A DNA stretch of 64,000 nucleotides from an uncultured delta proteobacterium (GTDB taxonomy: Bacteria > Myxococcota_A > Polyangia > Fen-1088), in assembly GCA_963737265.1 (NCBI GenBank), contig CAVTRY010000023.1:64001-128000 (forward strand). The letters are read 5' to 3'. The position numbers and the translations under genes are program-made. Below, one piece after another: positions 58,740 to 64,000 of the stretch (positions are counted from its first letter, which is position 1; each line of letters opens with the position of its first letter). The notes under the pieces were generated by a model. It saw nothing but the letters and a program-made list of their open reading frames with translations, did no database searches and was not told where the DNA came from.

Positions 58740-60180
58740 AGCGTAGCTTACGCGCGGCCACGCCCGACATCTTGAGCAGCAGCCAGCCGTGCTTCCAGCG
58801 CGAGATGTTGGTTTCGCCGTACACGCGCTCGCGGTAGCGAATCGGGATTTCGACGATCTTCAGATTCAACCTGGCCGCCCCGAAAATCAGGTCGAAGTCG
58901 CCGAAGGGATCGAAGTCGCCGAAGAAATGGCGCGCGGCCGCCAGCCGCTCGTAGTCGCGGCGCCACAATACCTTGGTCCCACACAAGGTGTCCTTGATGG
59001 GTTGCTGAAGCAGATAGGTAAATAGCTGCGAAAACGCCACATTGCCCAGCTTATTGAGAAATCGCATGGCGCCTGGATTCATTGGATACACGAGCCGCGT
59101 GCCTTGCACGAAATCACCAAGGCCGCGTGCGATGACATCGTAGAAGATGGGCAGTTCCTCGGGGGCCACCGTCAGATCGGCGTCCAGGATCATGAGAACA
59201 TCGCCTGTGGCCTTGGCAAAGCCCAGGCGGACCGCGTCGCCCTTGCCCTTACCTTCCTGGCGGTGGGCGCTGATCTCAAGCGGCCCGCGATAGTTCTTGA
59301 TGGCACCTTGAATGGTTTCCCAGGTTCCGTCGGTCGAGCCACCTTCGACGAAGATTAATTCGGTTCGCGAACCCATCGCCGGCGTGCGCGCGATGGCCGC
59401 AGCCACGTTGCCCGCCTCGTTGCGCGCGGGAACGATCACGCTGACCGAGACTTTCTTCGTTCTTTGCGCGGCCTCGCGCCGGCGTAAGGCATAGATGCGG
59501 TACATCGACAACCGCTGCCACCCGGGCAATTTGCCGAGATAGCGATTGAGGAGCGGGGCGAGACCAGGCACGTCCGCCGGCAGCAGCATGCGATCCTCGA
59601 ACCGAACCATCTCGAGTCCGCTAATCTCGAACAGATTCTCGAAGTCGCTGTGGGACAGCCAGTTCGACGCGGGCGCCGGCAGCTTGAAGCCGCCAAGCTC
59701 CGCCAGCCGGGTCGGCATCTCCCACAGGTAATTGTAGGTCACGAGGTACAGTCGCCCCCGTTCGTTCACCCGTTCGCGCAGACCGACGAGCAGGTCGCGC
59801 ACGTCGAGCACGCTGTGGCACATGCGATCGCAAACCACGGCGTCGAAACGGCGGCGCGCGGGCAAGGTTTCGTCGTCGACAAACTCGATGGCCGCGTCGG
59901 GATGACGTCGGCGCGCCTCCACCGCCACCTCGGACGACGTCGCGATTCCCACCCGTTCGCGGTTGGGCAACGACGCCAAGAGATCGCCCGTGCCGCAGGC
60001 CACGTCGATCACCGAAGCATCCTGCGGAATCCAGCGCTGAAGGGTTTCGCGCAGATCGCGGTTGAGGCAGTCGCGTGCCTGGGGATGGGTTGGCTTCTCG
60101 AACGCAGCCTTACGGAAATATGCCTGCCACGCTTCCGTCAGCCCGTGGGACGATTGCATCTTCGACGACATCGGCTTCAT
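58732..60180 (-). CDS. Bifunctional methyltransferase-domain / GT2 (polyprenol-phosphate) glycosyltransferase
   Basis: IDVACGTG; VSVIVPARNE, EGGSTDGT, GKGDAVRLG, ILDADL, DTLCGTK. Confidence 0.9.
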   Translation of the reverse strand: MKPMSSKMQSSHGLTEAWQAYFRKAAFEKPTHPQARDCLNRDLRETLQRWIPQDASVIDVACGTGDLLASLPNRERVGIATSSEVAVEARRRHPDAAIEFVDDETLPARRRFDAVVCDRMCHSVLDVRDLLVGLRERVNERGRLYLVTYNYLWEMPTRLAELGGFKLPAPASNWLSHSDFENLFEISGLEMVRFEDRMLLPADVPGLAPLLNRYLGKLPGWQRLSMYRIYALRRREAAQRTKKVSVSVIVPARNEAGNVAAAIARTPAMGSRTELIFVEGGSTDGTWETIQGAIKNYRGPLEISAHRQEGKGKGDAVRLGFAKATGDVLMILDADLTVAPEELPIFYDVIARGLGDFVQGTRLVYPMNPGAMRFLNKLGNVAFSQLFTYLLQQPIKDTLCGTKVLWRRDYERLAAARHFFGDFDPFGDFDLIFGAARLNLKIVEIPIRYRERVYGETNISRWKHGWLLLKMSGVAARKLRYV

Positions 60181-60221
60181 GGCAAGAGCGCGCGGGTTTT
60201 CCGTCGAGAATTTCCAGAAAT

Positions 60222-62975
<2,754 letters not shown>

Positions 62976-63064
62976 GCAGCTTCCGTGCGCGACGTCCAGT
63001 CCACAGCGCCGGCCTTTTCGTTATCGACCACGAATATCCTCTAAGTCAAGCAACCGGCTGGATG

Positions 63065-63541
63065 TCAGTCCTCAATCCAAACCCGCGTCATTTTGTCGCC
63101 CTTGCGAACCTTGTCGACTACGTCGAGGCCGGCGACCACCTGGCCAAACACCGTGTGTTTGCGGTCGAGGTGTGGTTGCGGGGCGTGGCAGATGAAAAAC
63201 TGCGCTCCCCCGGAATCGGGGGCCGCGGTCTTGGCCATGGACAGCGAGCCGCGCAGGTGGGTCTGGCGCTTGCCTTTCAGCTCGTCCTTGATGGTGAAAC
63301 CCGGTCCCCCAGTACCGGTGCCGAGCGGGCAGCCGCCCTGGATCATGAAGTTGTCGATCACGCGGTGGAAGGTCAGGCCGTCGTAATAGGGACGCTTCAC
63401 CTTCTTCCCCGTGGCTGGATCGGTCCACTCCTTGGTTCCCTGGGCCAGCTCGACAAAGTTGGCCACTGTGCCGGGCGTATCGTCTTCGAAAAGTTCGACT
63501 ACAATTTCGCCCGCGGTCGTTTCGATATGCGCTTTCTTCAT
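63065..63541 (-). CDS. Cyclophilin-type peptidyl-prolyl isomerase
   Basis: TVANF, FHRVIDNFMIQGG, LSMA, QFFI, HLDRKHTVFG. Confidence 0.95.
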   Translation of the reverse strand: MKKAHIETTAGEIVVELFEDDTPGTVANFVELAQGTKEWTDPATGKKVKRPYYDGLTFHRVIDNFMIQGGCPLGTGTGGPGFTIKDELKGKRQTHLRGSLSMAKTAAPDSGGAQFFICHAPQPHLDRKHTVFGQVVAGLDVVDKVRKGDKMTRVWIED

Positions 63542-63713
63542 GGCAGCACCTTAACCCGGAAAAGGTCCTTGGGTGTAGGTCTAGCAAGCCCGGTTTGCAT
63601 AGTCCGATATTTACGCGACGGGTAGCCGAACAAGCAACAATTTCCGCCCTGCATCCGATAGCCAGGTGGGCAACCATGGTAATCGTTCGAGTCGTGCCAG
63701 TCGTCGGCGAATT

Positions 63714-63802
63714 CCAGTCGGTCATCCAGTTGGTCATCCAGTCGGTCATCCAGTCGGTCATCCAGTCGGTCATCCAGCGGTCATCCAGCGGTCATCCAGC
63801 GG
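63714..63802. repeat. Tandem repeat: 5 x 12-bp CCAGTCGGTCAT, then ~2.6 x 11-bp CCAGCGGTCAT
   Basis: Read directly; one 12-mer is CCAGTTGGTCAT; a 10-bp (T/C)CCGTCAT series follows at about 63831-63869. Confidence 0.9.
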
Positions 63803-63908
63803 CTCTCGCGCCGTCATCCCCCGCGGTCTTTTCCGTCATCTCCCGTCATTTTCCGTCATCTCGGTCATCGGCGCGGGAAACCGCCTGTGCTAGGCTGTGG
63901 CAACGACC

Positions 63909-64000
63909 ATGAAGATTTCCCGGCCACCGTTGCAATCGCCCAAGCTGACCGCAGCCGCGGTCAAGGTGCCAGCCGTCGCGGGAAGCAGCGGCAAGAGCTT
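63909..64000 (+). CDS. Possible start of a CDS truncated by the window edge
   Basis: ATG at 63909 with open frame to the end (MKISRPPLQSPKL..). Confidence 0.35.
   Translation, partial: MKISRPPLQSPKLTAAAVKVPAVAGSSGKS

Noticed and set aside
63072-63773. ORF beginning with (MTDW)n
   Set aside because: A by-product of the tandem repeat that overlaps the cyclophilin gene in another frame.
63714-63802. Possible CRISPR array
   Set aside because: Units are 11-12 bp, contiguous, have no unique spacers, and no cas genes are present.

Overview
High-GC bacterial DNA whose gene content (PEGA/TPR proteins, a MYXO-CTERM-like tail, Ser/Thr kinase, FHA-cyclase, sigma54 regulator) points to Myxococcota/Deltaproteobacteria; this assignment is inferred. 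Most of the window is housekeeping and envelope genes: thiC with a TPP riboswitch, nth, an ErpA/IscA carrier, tolQRAB, ppx, rluD-pgeF, cyclophilin and two tRNA-Leu genes. Accessory DNA includes a divergent cluster of three radical SAM genes, an IS1634-family element inserted into the 3' end of a glyoxalase gene, a complete jetABCD (Wadjet) operon downstream of tRNA-Leu(CAG), a FitAB-like toxin-antitoxin (TA) pair, and a lipoprotein with 13 Ig-like repeats. The most novel-looking structure is a 579-bp transposase-free element just after tRNA-Leu(CAA). It has 23-bp terminal inverted repeats, a 9-11-bp target-site duplication and a second inner inverted-repeat pair, and its only cargo is a GxxExxY putative nuclease gene. 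Many spacers hold short gene relics, including two TA-operon junctions, one of them inside the Wadjet operon. Three enzymes appear to have lost catalytic residues. All family calls come from motif recognition by eye, not from database searches.
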